From assembly GCA_963771465.1 (NCBI GenBank), contig CAVYTU010000007.1, positions 32,001 to 96,000 of the forward strand: a DNA stretch of 64,000 nt, in the 5' to 3' direction. A program made the position numbers and the translations under genes. How positions within the stretch are numbered: position 1 is the stretch's first letter; each line of letters begins with the position of its first letter. Source of the DNA: an uncultured delta proteobacterium. Its GTDB lineage: Bacteria > Desulfobacterota > Binatia > UBA9968. A model generated the notes under the pieces. It saw only the letters and a list, made by a program, of their open reading frames with translations. It ran no database searches and had not been told where the DNA came from. Positions 36,602 through 46,122 of this stretch are shown here, one piece after another.

Positions 36602-38692
36602 ATGGAGCCCAATCTTTACATCAATCGCGAACTGTCATGGTTGGAATTCAACCGGCGCGTGCTGCAAGAAGCCAAGGACGAGAGCGTGCCGCTGCTCGAA
36701 CGGGTTAAATTCCTCGCCATCTTTAGCTCCAACCTGGATGAATTCTTCATGGTGCGCGTGGCGCGGCTTAAACGCATGGTTTTTGAAGCCGATCAATCGG
36801 TCGATCCCGATGGCCTCACGCCGGCAACCACGTTGACGTCGATCTCGGCGCGCATGCACGAGCTGGCTGATGAACAGCATTCCTGTTTTCTCAACACCAT
36901 CATGCCCCAACTGAGCGCCGAAGGAATTCATCTCGTTCGTCCCGAAGAGATGAATGGCGAGCAGGAGAGATTTCTCGAAGATGTGTTTCACCGAACGCTC
37001 TATCCGATCGTTACGCCGCTCGCCATCGACCCTGGCCATCCGTTTCCCTATTTAGCCAACCGCTCGCTCTGCTTAGTCGTTTCGTTGCGGCCGACGGTGG
37101 TTTCGCGCCTGCCGCACACCGATCTTTCCATCCTGCATATTCCGACCCAGGTCGCGCCGCGCTTTATCTCGCTTCCCGGCCGCGAAGGGCAGCATGCCTT
37201 CATGCTGCTCGAAGATGTGCTGCGGCACTACTTGCCACGGCTTTATCACGGCTTCGAAATCGTTTCCTGCCAGGCGATCCGCGTCACCCGGGACGCTGAT
37301 TTTTTAATTTCACGGCGGCGCGATGAGAGTCTCATGATGACGATTGAAAAGGGCGTGCGCGACCGCCGCATGGGCGATGCCGTGCGGTTGCAGTACGATC
37401 CGGATTTGCCGCGTGAAATCGTCGCTAAACTGGTGGACGAGCTTGAGCTGACCAGCGAGGATCTTTATTCCGGCAGAGGCTTCACCGCTTTCACCGATTT
37501 GTTCCAACTGTATGCCGCCGTGAACATGCCCAAGTTGAAAGACCGGCCGCAGACGGCTGTGCCAGTGCCGGGGTTCGAGCGGGCGGCGGATATGTGGAGC
37601 GCGATTCGCGGCGGCGATGTGTTGACGTTTCACCCCTATCAGAGCTTTGACGCGGTGACCCGCTTTGTCGACGAAGCGGCGTTGGATCCGAAAGTGCTGG
37701 CGATCAAGATGACGCTATATCGCGTGAGCCCGACCTCACCCATCGCGCAGTCGCTGCGCCGCGCCGCTGAAGCGGGGAAAGAAGTCTCGGTGCTGGTCGA
37801 ACTGCAAGCGCGCTTCGACGAGGAAGCAAACATCACGTGGGCGCGCGCCTTGGAAGAAGTCGGCGCTCATGTCGTTTACGGCATGGTCGGTTACAAGACC
37901 CACTGCAAGGTGTGTTTGGTGGTGCGCCAGGAGGCCGACGGCATCCGACGCTACTGTCACTTGGCGACGGGAAATTACAACGTGCGCACCGCCGGCATCT
38001 ACAGCGACTTGGGCCTGTTCACGTGCCGCGAATCATTCGCGCAGGATCTGACCGAGCTGTTCAATCTGCTGACCGGCTACACGCGACCGCAGAAGTTCAA
38101 CCATTTAATATTGGCTCCGATCGGCTTGCGCGAACATTTCATAACCCATATCCGCAAAGAAGCGGACGTCGCCCGCGGCGGCCGTCCGGCGCGCATCATC
38201 GCCAAGATCAACAGCTTGATCGATCCGGCCATCATCGAAGAACTTTACCTCGCCAGCCAGGCCGGAGTGCAGATCGATTTAATCGTGCGCGGCATGTGCA
38301 GCTTACGGCCCGGCGTCGCCGGCGTTTCCGAGCGCATTCGAGTGCTCTCCATCATCGACCGCTATCTCGAGCACGCCCGGGTTTTTTATTTTCTCAACGG
38401 CGGCGAGGCGACCTATTGGCTGGCGTCCGCCGATTGGATGGAGCGCAATTTCGATAATCGTATCGAAATCGCTTTTCCCATCCTCGATCCGCAACATCAA
38501 GCGAGGCTGAAAGAGATCTTGGAAATTCAGCTCTGTGACACGGTAAAAGGCTGGCAGATGCAAAGCGACGGCAGTTTCCACCGTGCCCCCAGCGGAGCGA
38601 GCGGAGAATGCCGCTCTCAGGAACGCTTGTACGAATTGATCAGGAGCAGCGCTACGGGTTTGAGCCTAAGTCTAAACAATCTCTCGAATTAG
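36602..38692 (+). CDS. ppk1: Polyphosphate kinase 1
   Basis: NRELSWLEFNRRV, NLDEFFMVRVA, KMTLYR, ARFDEE, KTHCK, TGNYN, SADWM.RN. Confidence 0.97.
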   Translation: MEPNLYINRELSWLEFNRRVLQEAKDESVPLLERVKFLAIFSSNLDEFFMVRVARLKRMVFEADQSVDPDGLTPATTLTSISARMHELADEQHSCFLNTIMPQLSAEGIHLVRPEEMNGEQERFLEDVFHRTLYPIVTPLAIDPGHPFPYLANRSLCLVVSLRPTVVSRLPHTDLSILHIPTQVAPRFISLPGREGQHAFMLLEDVLRHYLPRLYHGFEIVSCQAIRVTRDADFLISRRRDESLMMTIEKGVRDRRMGDAVRLQYDPDLPREIVAKLVDELELTSEDLYSGRGFTAFTDLFQLYAAVNMPKLKDRPQTAVPVPGFERAADMWSAIRGGDVLTFHPYQSFDAVTRFVDEAALDPKVLAIKMTLYRVSPTSPIAQSLRRAAEAGKEVSVLVELQARFDEEANITWARALEEVGAHVVYGMVGYKTHCKVCLVVRQEADGIRRYCHLATGNYNVRTAGIYSDLGLFTCRESFAQDLTELFNLLTGYTRPQKFNHLILAPIGLREHFITHIRKEADVARGGRPARIIAKINSLIDPAIIEELYLASQAGVQIDLIVRGMCSLRPGVAGVSERIRVLSIIDRYLEHARVFYFLNGGEATYWLASADWMERNFDNRIEIAFPILDPQHQARLKEILEIQLCDTVKGWQMQSDGSFHRAPSGASGECRSQERLYELIRSSATGLSLSLNNLSN

Positions 38693-39622
38693 TTTCCGCC
38701 AGGAGTCTAATTCTCGTTTTGGTTTAACTAGATAGGCCAACTCCCGACAGTATCGCTTGAGCGCTCGATAAAACCCCCTATTACCTTCCAACTTGAGCAG
38801 TATACGACGCAGCTTGGCGGTGTCGCCGCATGGATAGTAACCGGGGAATTTGGCGCCCAGCGTGCCGACCAGGCCGGGAATTTTTGACGCCACCACGGGA
38901 ACACCGCTCGCTAACGCCTCCGACAAGACGTTTGAGCTGCCTTCCATCTTCGATGTGATGCAGACGAGATCGCTGGCCGCCATCTTTGCTCGCGTGCGTC
39001 GGTGCGAAAGTTGGCCGATCCAACGGTAACGCGGGTTGCGAGCGGCCTCAGCCTTTGCCTCAGCGCCCAGTCGCGAATCCAATGCTTGACCAACGTGGGT
39101 GACTTGAATGCGCGACTCGGCGGGCAAGTTGCGCACGGCGACGCGCGTGCGCAGCGGATCTTTTTCTTCGCGCAGATGGCCGACGACACAGACGTTAAAG
39201 CTCACGCTTCGTTTCGGAGTGCTGGCTCGGACCGCCTCAGCCGACTGATAGATCACTTGAGTTTTGGCCTGCAATCGCCTGGGTAATTCTCGCAAGGCCA
39301 TCTTTTGCAGCGCCACAAGCCGGGTGGCCAGCTCAAGGGATCGTTTAGCTTTGGGATCGACGTGAATGTCGCGATAGACATCGGTGCCGGTCAGCACGAC
39401 GATGAGCGGCAGGATGGGATGACGGTCATGAAAACGCCGAATCGAATCGTAGCTGCGCCGAGCGTGGAGCGCGATGAGCAGATCGCAGGCCTTACCGTCG
39501 TAGCGTTGCGTCACGCGCACTCGGTGGCCGAGTTTTTTTAGGATTCCGGCCCAGCGCACGGCGGTGATCTTGTTGCCGTTGTTGATTTTCAGCGGCGCCG
39601 GCGTGACCAGTTGAATTTTCAC
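38672..39622 (-). CDS. senB: Selenosugar synthase SenB-like GT-B glycosyltransferase
   Basis: GNKITAVRW, IALHARRS, VLTGTD.YRD, GHLREEKDP, SKMEG..NV..EA; directly downstream of senA. Confidence 0.85.
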   Translation of the reverse strand: MKIQLVTPAPLKINNGNKITAVRWAGILKKLGHRVRVTQRYDGKACDLLIALHARRSYDSIRRFHDRHPILPLIVVLTGTDVYRDIHVDPKAKRSLELATRLVALQKMALRELPRRLQAKTQVIYQSAEAVRASTPKRSVSFNVCVVGHLREEKDPLRTRVAVRNLPAESRIQVTHVGQALDSRLGAEAKAEAARNPRYRWIGQLSHRRTRAKMAASDLVCITSKMEGSSNVLSEALASGVPVVASKIPGLVGTLGAKFPGYYPCGDTAKLRRILLKLEGNRGFYRALKRYCRELAYLVKPKRELDSWRKLIREIV

Positions 39623-39631
39623 GATGGCAGT

Positions 39632-41059
39632 TTATTGGGCGCAGGTGCGAAAGCCGGCCCAAACGTCGCGCCGGTCAGGCGTGTAGAAGTTGCGCCAGCT
39701 GTTGCGGATCAGCAGCGACGAAGTGGCCCAACAACCGCCGCGCAGAACTTTATGGGTGCCGAACCAGGGCTGTGAGTATTCCTTGTAAGGATCGACGCTA
39801 AAGCCTGGATAGGACACGAAATTGTCGGCGGTCCATTCCCAAACGTTGCCGATCATCTGGCGGCAGCCGAAGGCGCTGTCACCGGCGCCATGCGCGCCGA
39901 CCTCGACGATTCCGCCGTCGCTCCAATCGAGATTGGCATGTTGCTGGGCGGGAGAATTATCACCCCATGGATAATAGCGACGCCGCTTAGCAAGCCCGGC
40001 TCCGTTGGTTGCTGGTTCGCCGGACGCCGCCACTTCCCATTCCGCTTCAGAGGGCAATCGCCGGCCAGCCCACCGGCAAAACGCTTCGGCTTCGTACCAA
40101 CTGACATGCGCCACCGGCAGGTCTTCGTTGAGCAAGACATACTTGTCGTACACGCGTTGCTGCCAGCGCCCGTTGTCGAGCGGTTGCCAGTAGACCGGAT
40201 GGTCGAGTGTCTCTTTGAACGCGGTCAATTCCACCGGCTCGTTCAGGGTCTTATTAAAAAACTTGGCAAAGGACTTTTCCAATTGTGGCGCGCCGCCGGA
40301 TTCGAGCCATTGCCAGCCCTCGGCGCTCCAATATTTTCTCTCGCTGTAGCCGCCTTCTTCGACGAATTCTAAAAACTCGCCGTTGGTCACCGGCGCGCGG
40401 GCGATGCGAAACGGTTTGAGCTCGACCTCGTGGGCCCATTTCTCGTTGTCGAACACAAACGGAAGGTTCTTGTTGGCGCCGATCGTGAACTTGCCGCCGG
40501 GAATTTCCACGTCGCCAGGACAGGCGCGTTGATCGACATCGGCGAAAGCAGTTGGTTGGAGGAACGGCGGTGGTTGATATCCAAGCGTCTGGCGCGTGTA
40601 GGCGAGGGCTTCGGCGTGCATGCCTTCGTGAAACGTGGTTAGCCAATAAAAATAAAACTCGTCGGGCGATAGCTCAGACTTGCTGTCGATAGCTGCGATA
40701 CAACGCTCAAGCACTTCGTTCATGTAAGCCAGCGTATCGGTGCGGCTCGGCAGCAACAGTTCCCAGCGCGTGTCATGGGCGACATCGGTGGAGTTATAAA
40801 GCCGGTCGCCATGCTCCAGGATCGGCCGATCTTTACGTAAGTGACGCAGCGTCCAAAATTCCTGAGTCCACGCGACGTGGCCAATTTCCCATAACGGTGG
40901 ATTGACGATGGCGATACGCGGTCCGATCATCTGGCTATCGTCAAGGTCGACGACCAGGCTGAGCAAGCGGTCACGGAACTCGCGCATGGTGGCGATCAAT
41001 TGGTGCACGCTCATCGCGGCGATAGGACTGGCGGTCGCGCTGGAAATCATCGTTGGCAT
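39632..41059 (-). CDS. senA: Selenoneine synthase SenA (EgtB-like DinB + FGE domain enzyme)
   Basis: NPPLWEIGHVAW.QE.W, HEGMHAE metal motif, FVFDNEKWAH, GNVWEW, GFRTC. Confidence 0.82.
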   Translation of the reverse strand: MPTMISSATASPIAAMSVHQLIATMREFRDRLLSLVVDLDDSQMIGPRIAIVNPPLWEIGHVAWTQEFWTLRHLRKDRPILEHGDRLYNSTDVAHDTRWELLLPSRTDTLAYMNEVLERCIAAIDSKSELSPDEFYFYWLTTFHEGMHAEALAYTRQTLGYQPPPFLQPTAFADVDQRACPGDVEIPGGKFTIGANKNLPFVFDNEKWAHEVELKPFRIARAPVTNGEFLEFVEEGGYSERKYWSAEGWQWLESGGAPQLEKSFAKFFNKTLNEPVELTAFKETLDHPVYWQPLDNGRWQQRVYDKYVLLNEDLPVAHVSWYEAEAFCRWAGRRLPSEAEWEVAASGEPATNGAGLAKRRRYYPWGDNSPAQQHANLDWSDGGIVEVGAHGAGDSAFGCRQMIGNVWEWTADNFVSYPGFSVDPYKEYSQPWFGTHKVLRGGCWATSSLLIRNSWRNFYTPDRRDVWAGFRTCAQ

Positions 41060-41140
41060 TTCGGCATTTGTCGCGAAATTCTTGACCGATTCAATTGGCC
41101 GAGAATTTATTCTACTTGATTTGATGGATATCGCTACCCG

Positions 41141-42283
41141 TCATAGATCTGAAATCAGTTTTAACATGGCCGCGCGCCAGGGCGCTAATTCTTTCACCCA
41201 GCGTCGACCACGATTGCGTTCGACGTAGGCGCATGCTGCCCGCAGTCGGCGCGTCTCGGCTGGTGTTAGTTGCAGCGCGCGTTTATCCTGTTTGGCGGCG
41301 ATGCTCGCTTCAGCATAACTCCTGAGCGCCCGCCACTGAGGTAACGCCGCGGCGCCGAAGCGCTGGCGAACGATTTTCGTCCAGGACGATTCCGCTCGGT
41401 ACTTGGCTGGCGCCCAGGCGTAATCGAAGCAAGTCGCTAACGGTAGGAAGCTCAAATCTTCCTGGAGCAATGGATTGTTGAGATAGCCGTAGACGCATTC
41501 CGGCAAGCGCGGGTCGCGTCCCGTCAGTGGCGTGAGATGCAACTCGTCACTCATGGACAGGTCGTTTACCGGATAATTGTCCCATAGCAGCAGGGGGCGC
41601 TCGATCTTTTTGACGATGCGCTTCACATGAGAAAGAGCGATGCTCTTTGAAACCACTGATGGGCCGGTCCAGAAGCAGGGGACGTCGGACGGAAGATAGC
41701 GAACCAAAGTTTCAAGAAAGTTCAGCTCGAATTTGCCGAAGACCCGTTCGAGCAGCGCATCTTCGCTGTAATACGAAGGACAAATCCACCACTCGACGTC
41801 GCTCCAACTCGACGGCTGCGCGGCAATGATTTTTGCCATCCAAGTCCCTTCGGCCCGCGCCAGACTATTCTTGAACGCGCGCCGGTCGCGCGCATCGGTC
41901 AAGCGCGAAGGAATATCGTCGAACAGCACGGCGAAGGTGCGCACGCCGGCATCGTAGAAGCGCTGCGCTTTGCGGAGAAGGATGCGAACGGCGTCATCGT
42001 CGCCAAAGTACAAACCTTCGCCGGGATGAAAACCGTAGACGAAATCGATTTGATGTTTATTTGCAGCTCTAATTAAGCGCAGTAGCTCACGCCATTGCGC
42101 CGCGGGGTAAGGTCGTCGCCAAAGTTTGCGGTGATAGGGATCATCCTTGGGCGCATAGAGATAGGTGTTCATACCGCGCGCCGCGCCAAATGCAAACAGA
42201 CGCCGCCGGTGCGCCATCGACCACAGCGGACCGAAGAAGCCTTCGACGATGCCGCGGCGCTGAAAAGTCTTGGCAGGGTTCAT
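41141..42283 (-). CDS. GH84 beta-N-acetylglucosaminidase (O-GlcNAcase-like), catalytic domain, no signal peptide
   Basis: RGIVEGFFG, YLYAPKDDPYHR, LFDDI catalytic Asp pair, FWTG, LWDNYPVND. Confidence 0.88.
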   Translation of the reverse strand: MNPAKTFQRRGIVEGFFGPLWSMAHRRRLFAFGAARGMNTYLYAPKDDPYHRKLWRRPYPAAQWRELLRLIRAANKHQIDFVYGFHPGEGLYFGDDDAVRILLRKAQRFYDAGVRTFAVLFDDIPSRLTDARDRRAFKNSLARAEGTWMAKIIAAQPSSWSDVEWWICPSYYSEDALLERVFGKFELNFLETLVRYLPSDVPCFWTGPSVVSKSIALSHVKRIVKKIERPLLLWDNYPVNDLSMSDELHLTPLTGRDPRLPECVYGYLNNPLLQEDLSFLPLATCFDYAWAPAKYRAESSWTKIVRQRFGAAALPQWRALRSYAEASIAAKQDKRALQLTPAETRRLRAACAYVERNRGRRWVKELAPWRAAMLKLISDL

Positions 42284-42499
42284 GCCGCGCTAATTTCGCA
42301 CAGCAGCGCTGGAGGAACAAGATTGCGGTATTTAATTGGCGTGAGGCGCGGAATAATTTAGCGATTTGGTACGGAAGTAGTGAGACCCGCTGCGCTTTCC
42401 TGCACACTTTCGTGGAAAGGTAATCCAGAGTTTTAAGAGGTTGCGCGCGATACTCGGGCGATGGGCATGCAGCTCGTCCGTCCACTAGTGGAAAACGTA

Positions 42500-42534
42500 G
42501 CCTGAGTTACGATTCGGGTTTAAACCTCTCAGGC
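42500..42534 (-). terminator. Hairpin downstream of the alpha/beta hydrolase
   Basis: GCCTGAG...CTCAGGC inverted repeat. Confidence 0.4.
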
Positions 42535-42540
42535 GGTTCG

Positions 42541-43401
42541 CTAGCTCTTCAAAAACGGCACGCCCAGGCGCATCAGGTCGTCGAAGGCATCCCAATGCAC
42601 CATGTGCTTGCAGCCATTGACAATGTGGAGGTTGAGCTGCGGTTGTTGTTGTTTGAGCAATTCGGCGCGTTCGCCGGCGTGTGCCCGGTCCTCGCGGCCA
42701 AATATCATCAATAGCGGCATCTTCAGGTCGGCGAGTCTCTCCCATAACGGCTTGGCCGGCGCCGCGCCGCCCGCCGGCGCGTCGTGACTCTGGCGTTCCT
42801 GGTGCGCGATGAAATTGCGACCAGTCATGCGGCTGTGGCGTATGGCCACGTCTTCGTCCGAGATCAAGGCATGGTTGAAGGTGTCCGCCTGCAGGAGTTT
42901 GCGGGCATCCTCCAGCGTCGGTTCCTTTTGCGCCATCTCTTTGTCGACGCGCGCCTGTACCGCTTCGTACCTGCCGACCTGCGCTTCGGTCTGCAGCGGC
43001 AGCAAAGAGCCGGTGCCAAGAATGACGACATGTGAATAGCGGCTCGGGTCGTCCAATGCCAGTTGAATCGCGAAGCCGCCCGAGCGCGAGTGCGCGATCA
43101 GCGCGGTCTTGCCCAGTCCCGCGGCATCGATGAATTTCGGGATGGAATTGCGTTGCTGCGCCGTGCTTTGCTTGGCGGGAATTTCGGAAAGGCCAAAGCC
43201 GGGAAGGTCAAAGGCAACCGCGCGAAATCCGGCCCTGGCAAATGGGCCAAGATTGCGCAGAAACACGTCCGCCGAGCTGCCGAGCGACGCGCCATGCAGA
43301 AACAGCAGCGATGGCCCTGAACCTTCTTCGATATAACGAAGTTGCAGTCCATCGACGCTAACAAACTTGTCTTTCGGTTTGATTCTTTCCACAGTATCCA
43401 T
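42541..43401 (-). CDS. Alpha/beta-fold hydrolase
   Basis: LFLHG, FDLPGFG.S, AHSRSG nucleophile elbow, GRED, C-terminal His. Confidence 0.88.
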   Translation of the reverse strand: MDTVERIKPKDKFVSVDGLQLRYIEEGSGPSLLFLHGASLGSSADVFLRNLGPFARAGFRAVAFDLPGFGLSEIPAKQSTAQQRNSIPKFIDAAGLGKTALIAHSRSGGFAIQLALDDPSRYSHVVILGTGSLLPLQTEAQVGRYEAVQARVDKEMAQKEPTLEDARKLLQADTFNHALISDEDVAIRHSRMTGRNFIAHQERQSHDAPAGGAAPAKPLWERLADLKMPLLMIFGREDRAHAGERAELLKQQQPQLNLHIVNGCKHMVHWDAFDDLMRLGVPFLKS

Positions 43402-43673
43402 GAGATTATCTCCTCTTAGGGCAGAATAAAGATTCTAATCCAGCTGCGCGTTGCCACGTAACGGGCGAGGCAGCTCCATGGCGACGTCGTTCAAGTTTAG
43501 GAACTCTGTACAGAAAACTTAATCAATGTTTCTGACCGGACCTATAGCGCCGAACCGGCGAGGTGTCAATTGCGCGAGCGTTTCGTGATCGTCGTAGCGT
43601 TGCTTCTGCTGGGTAAGGTTTACTTGCCAATGTTCCTGGCATTGCGTAGGATCGAATCGGTTGAGCGACTCTC

Positions 43674-44486
43674 ATGCGCATTGCCACTCAAGCCGTTACA
43701 TTTTGTTTTGCCACCGCGTTGCTCGGGTTGCCGCTATTTGAATCGGATGGCGCCGATTCCAAAGCCGCCTCGGACATGATTCGCGTTCCCGCTGGCCCAT
43801 TCCTGATGGGCAGCAACAACGGGCCGGAAGATGAGCGGCCACAGCATCAAGTTAACGTCGCCGAGTTTTTCATCGACCGAACTAAAGTGGCTAACGCGCA
43901 TTTCGCACAATTCGTGAATGCGCGCGGAGTGAAGTCAGCCGACGGACAAATATGGTACGATAGCGATGATAACGACGCGCGGATTCATCGGCGCGACGGT
44001 AAATGGCAGGCCGATGCCGGCCATGAGAATCATCCGGTGGTGGAAGCTTCTTGGTACGGCGCGTCGGCGTATTGTTCATGGGTTGGCAAGCGTTTGCCCA
44101 CCGAAGCGGAGTGGGAGAAGGCGGCGCGCGGTACGGATGGCCGAAAATATCCCTGGGGCAACGATGCGGTGGATTCAACGCGGGCGCATTTCAATGGCGG
44201 CTGGAACGATTTCCGCCCGGTGGGAAGTCTTCCCAAAGGCGCGAGTCCATACGGCATGCTTGACGCCGCGGGCAACGGCTGGGAATGGGTGAGCAGCGCC
44301 TATATGCCTTATCCTTACAATACCAACGACGGGCGCGAAGATTTTACCAAGGCGCAAGTGCGCGTCACGCGCGGCGGCGGGCAGGATTCGCGAGCCGACG
44401 AATTGGCCACCACGCATCGCGGCCGCCATGTGTCGCGCAATCCGCGCGGTGGCCATCACAACATCGGCTTTCGCTGCGCTCGCTGA
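43674..44486 (+). CDS. Secreted FGE-sulfatase/SUMF1-domain protein
   Basis: F.MGS, RLPTEAEWEKAARG, YPWG, GNGWEW, IGFRCAR; signal peptide. Confidence 0.88.
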   Translation: MRIATQAVTFCFATALLGLPLFESDGADSKAASDMIRVPAGPFLMGSNNGPEDERPQHQVNVAEFFIDRTKVANAHFAQFVNARGVKSADGQIWYDSDDNDARIHRRDGKWQADAGHENHPVVEASWYGASAYCSWVGKRLPTEAEWEKAARGTDGRKYPWGNDAVDSTRAHFNGGWNDFRPVGSLPKGASPYGMLDAAGNGWEWVSSAYMPYPYNTNDGREDFTKAQVRVTRGGGQDSRADELATTHRGRHVSRNPRGGHHNIGFRCAR

Positions 44487-44501
44487 GTACCACTAGTTCC
44501 C

Positions 44502-45143
44502 ATGCCGGCCTATTTCATCACCCAAGGCGTACTGATCGGCTTCGTGGTCGCCGTGCCGGTTGGTCCGCTCGGAATCTTATGCATCAACCGCGCGCTGGTA
44601 GCGGGGGCGTTATGCGGACTTATTTCCGGCCTTGGGGTGGCGACCGCGGATGCGCTGGCGGCGAGCGTCGCGGCTCTGGGTATCTCGTTTGTATCGGGCT
44701 TTTTGATCAAGCACCAGATTGTTTTGCGTCTGGCGGGCGGTGTATTTCTCTGTTACCTCGGCGCACAGATTTATCGCACCAAACCGAAACCGGCGGCGGC
44801 GCCGCCGAGCGACGTCAACGGCTTGGTCAATGCTTACGCGACGACGTTCGTCCTAACCTTTTCCAACCCGGTGACGCTACTTTCATTTATCGCGATCTAT
44901 GCCGGCTGGCATGTGCCGAGCTTGCAGGGGCGATATCTTGCCGCGGCCCTGCTGGCGCTCGGCGTCCTTATCGGTTCGGCGCTTTGGTGGGTCTGTTTGT
45001 TCATTGGCATGACGGCGTTTCGCGAGAAATTCAGTCTCGACGCGCTCGTCTGGGTGCATCGTGTTTCAGGCGCATTGATGGTCGGGTTCGGTATCGTCAT
45101 ACTTTTAAGCTTGTCGCCGCTCAAGCAGGTATTCGGTATTTAA
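44502..45143 (+). CDS. LysE-family exporter
   Basis: AVPVGP...GLGVATAD...LTFSNP; six hydrophobic segments. Confidence 0.88.
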   Translation: MPAYFITQGVLIGFVVAVPVGPLGILCINRALVAGALCGLISGLGVATADALAASVAALGISFVSGFLIKHQIVLRLAGGVFLCYLGAQIYRTKPKPAAAPPSDVNGLVNAYATTFVLTFSNPVTLLSFIAIYAGWHVPSLQGRYLAAALLALGVLIGSALWWVCLFIGMTAFREKFSLDALVWVHRVSGALMVGFGIVILLSLSPLKQVFGI

Positions 45144-45150
45144 ATCTAAG

Positions 45151-46122
45151 ATGCTAAGTGAGTCGATCGCCTTTGTGAGCCGCGCCGGCGGCGTACCCAG
45201 CGTGATTAATGGCGCATTAGCGCTTTTTCATATTGGCTTGAATATTTTTCAATTTGTCATCTTGCCGTTGTGGCTTTTGCCGCTGGAGCGAAACTGGGCC
45301 TGGACGCTTTTGCCGCTGGCGCTATTGACCAATCCGTTCTGGAGTCTGATTCACGAGGCGATCCACGATCTATTTCATCCCAACCGCCGCGCGAACGCTC
45401 TGACCGGCCGCCTGCTGGCGATTCTGTTCGGTTCGCCGTTTCGCATCCTTCGGCAGAGCCATTTGCTCCATCATAAGCTCAATCGCATGCCGGTGGAGGG
45501 GACGGAATATTACGATCGCGGCAAAGGCGCTAAAGCTGCGGCGGCGCCGGGGTACTATTTTCAAATTTTGCTCGGCCTGTATCTCGTCGAAGTCGTGAGC
45601 ACGCTGGGTTTCCTTTTGCCGCGTCAATGGCTGCAACGATTCCGCGAAAAACATTTGCCGGCACACAGCGTCAGCAGCATTCTTATGCAGAACTGGCTTG
45701 GTGCGGAATCACTGCGCGAGATTCGCCTCGACGGTTTGCTCACCCTCGTGTGGCTGTCGTTTTCGTTTTGGTTATACGGTGAGAGCTGGCCGCTGCTGCT
45801 CGCCGTGTTAGTGGCGCGTGGCTTTTTGATTTCGTTTCTCGATAATGTGTATCACTACGAAACTCCGGTGAGCGATGTGTTCTTCGCAAAAAATCTCCAG
45901 TTGCCGGCGCCGCTCGCCAAGCTGCTGCTCAATTTTAACCTCCACGGCATTCACCATATCAACCCGGCGATCTCGTGGATCAATTTACCGAAGGCTTTCG
46001 AAGTCCAAGGGGCGAAGTTTCAAGGCCGCTACTTTGCCGCAGCCCTGCGCCAACTGCGTGGCCCCATCGCGCTCCAGGAATTGCCCCAAGGCGCGCCGAC
46101 GCTGCGCGTGCGGCCAAATTAA
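45151..46122 (+). CDS. Membrane fatty-acid-desaturase-family di-iron enzyme
   Basis: His boxes HEAIH, HLLHH, HGIHH. Confidence 0.8.
   Translation: MLSESIAFVSRAGGVPSVINGALALFHIGLNIFQFVILPLWLLPLERNWAWTLLPLALLTNPFWSLIHEAIHDLFHPNRRANALTGRLLAILFGSPFRILRQSHLLHHKLNRMPVEGTEYYDRGKGAKAAAAPGYYFQILLGLYLVEVVSTLGFLLPRQWLQRFREKHLPAHSVSSILMQNWLGAESLREIRLDGLLTLVWLSFSFWLYGESWPLLLAVLVARGFLISFLDNVYHYETPVSDVFFAKNLQLPAPLAKLLLNFNLHGIHHINPAISWINLPKAFEVQGAKFQGRYFAAALRQLRGPIALQELPQGAPTLRVRPN

Noticed and set aside
42380-42540. HEARO/omega-RNA-like element (GCCTGAG...CTACGTT on minus strand)
   Set aside because: Only short motif resemblance, no IscB/TnpB gene; the hairpin is explained as a terminator
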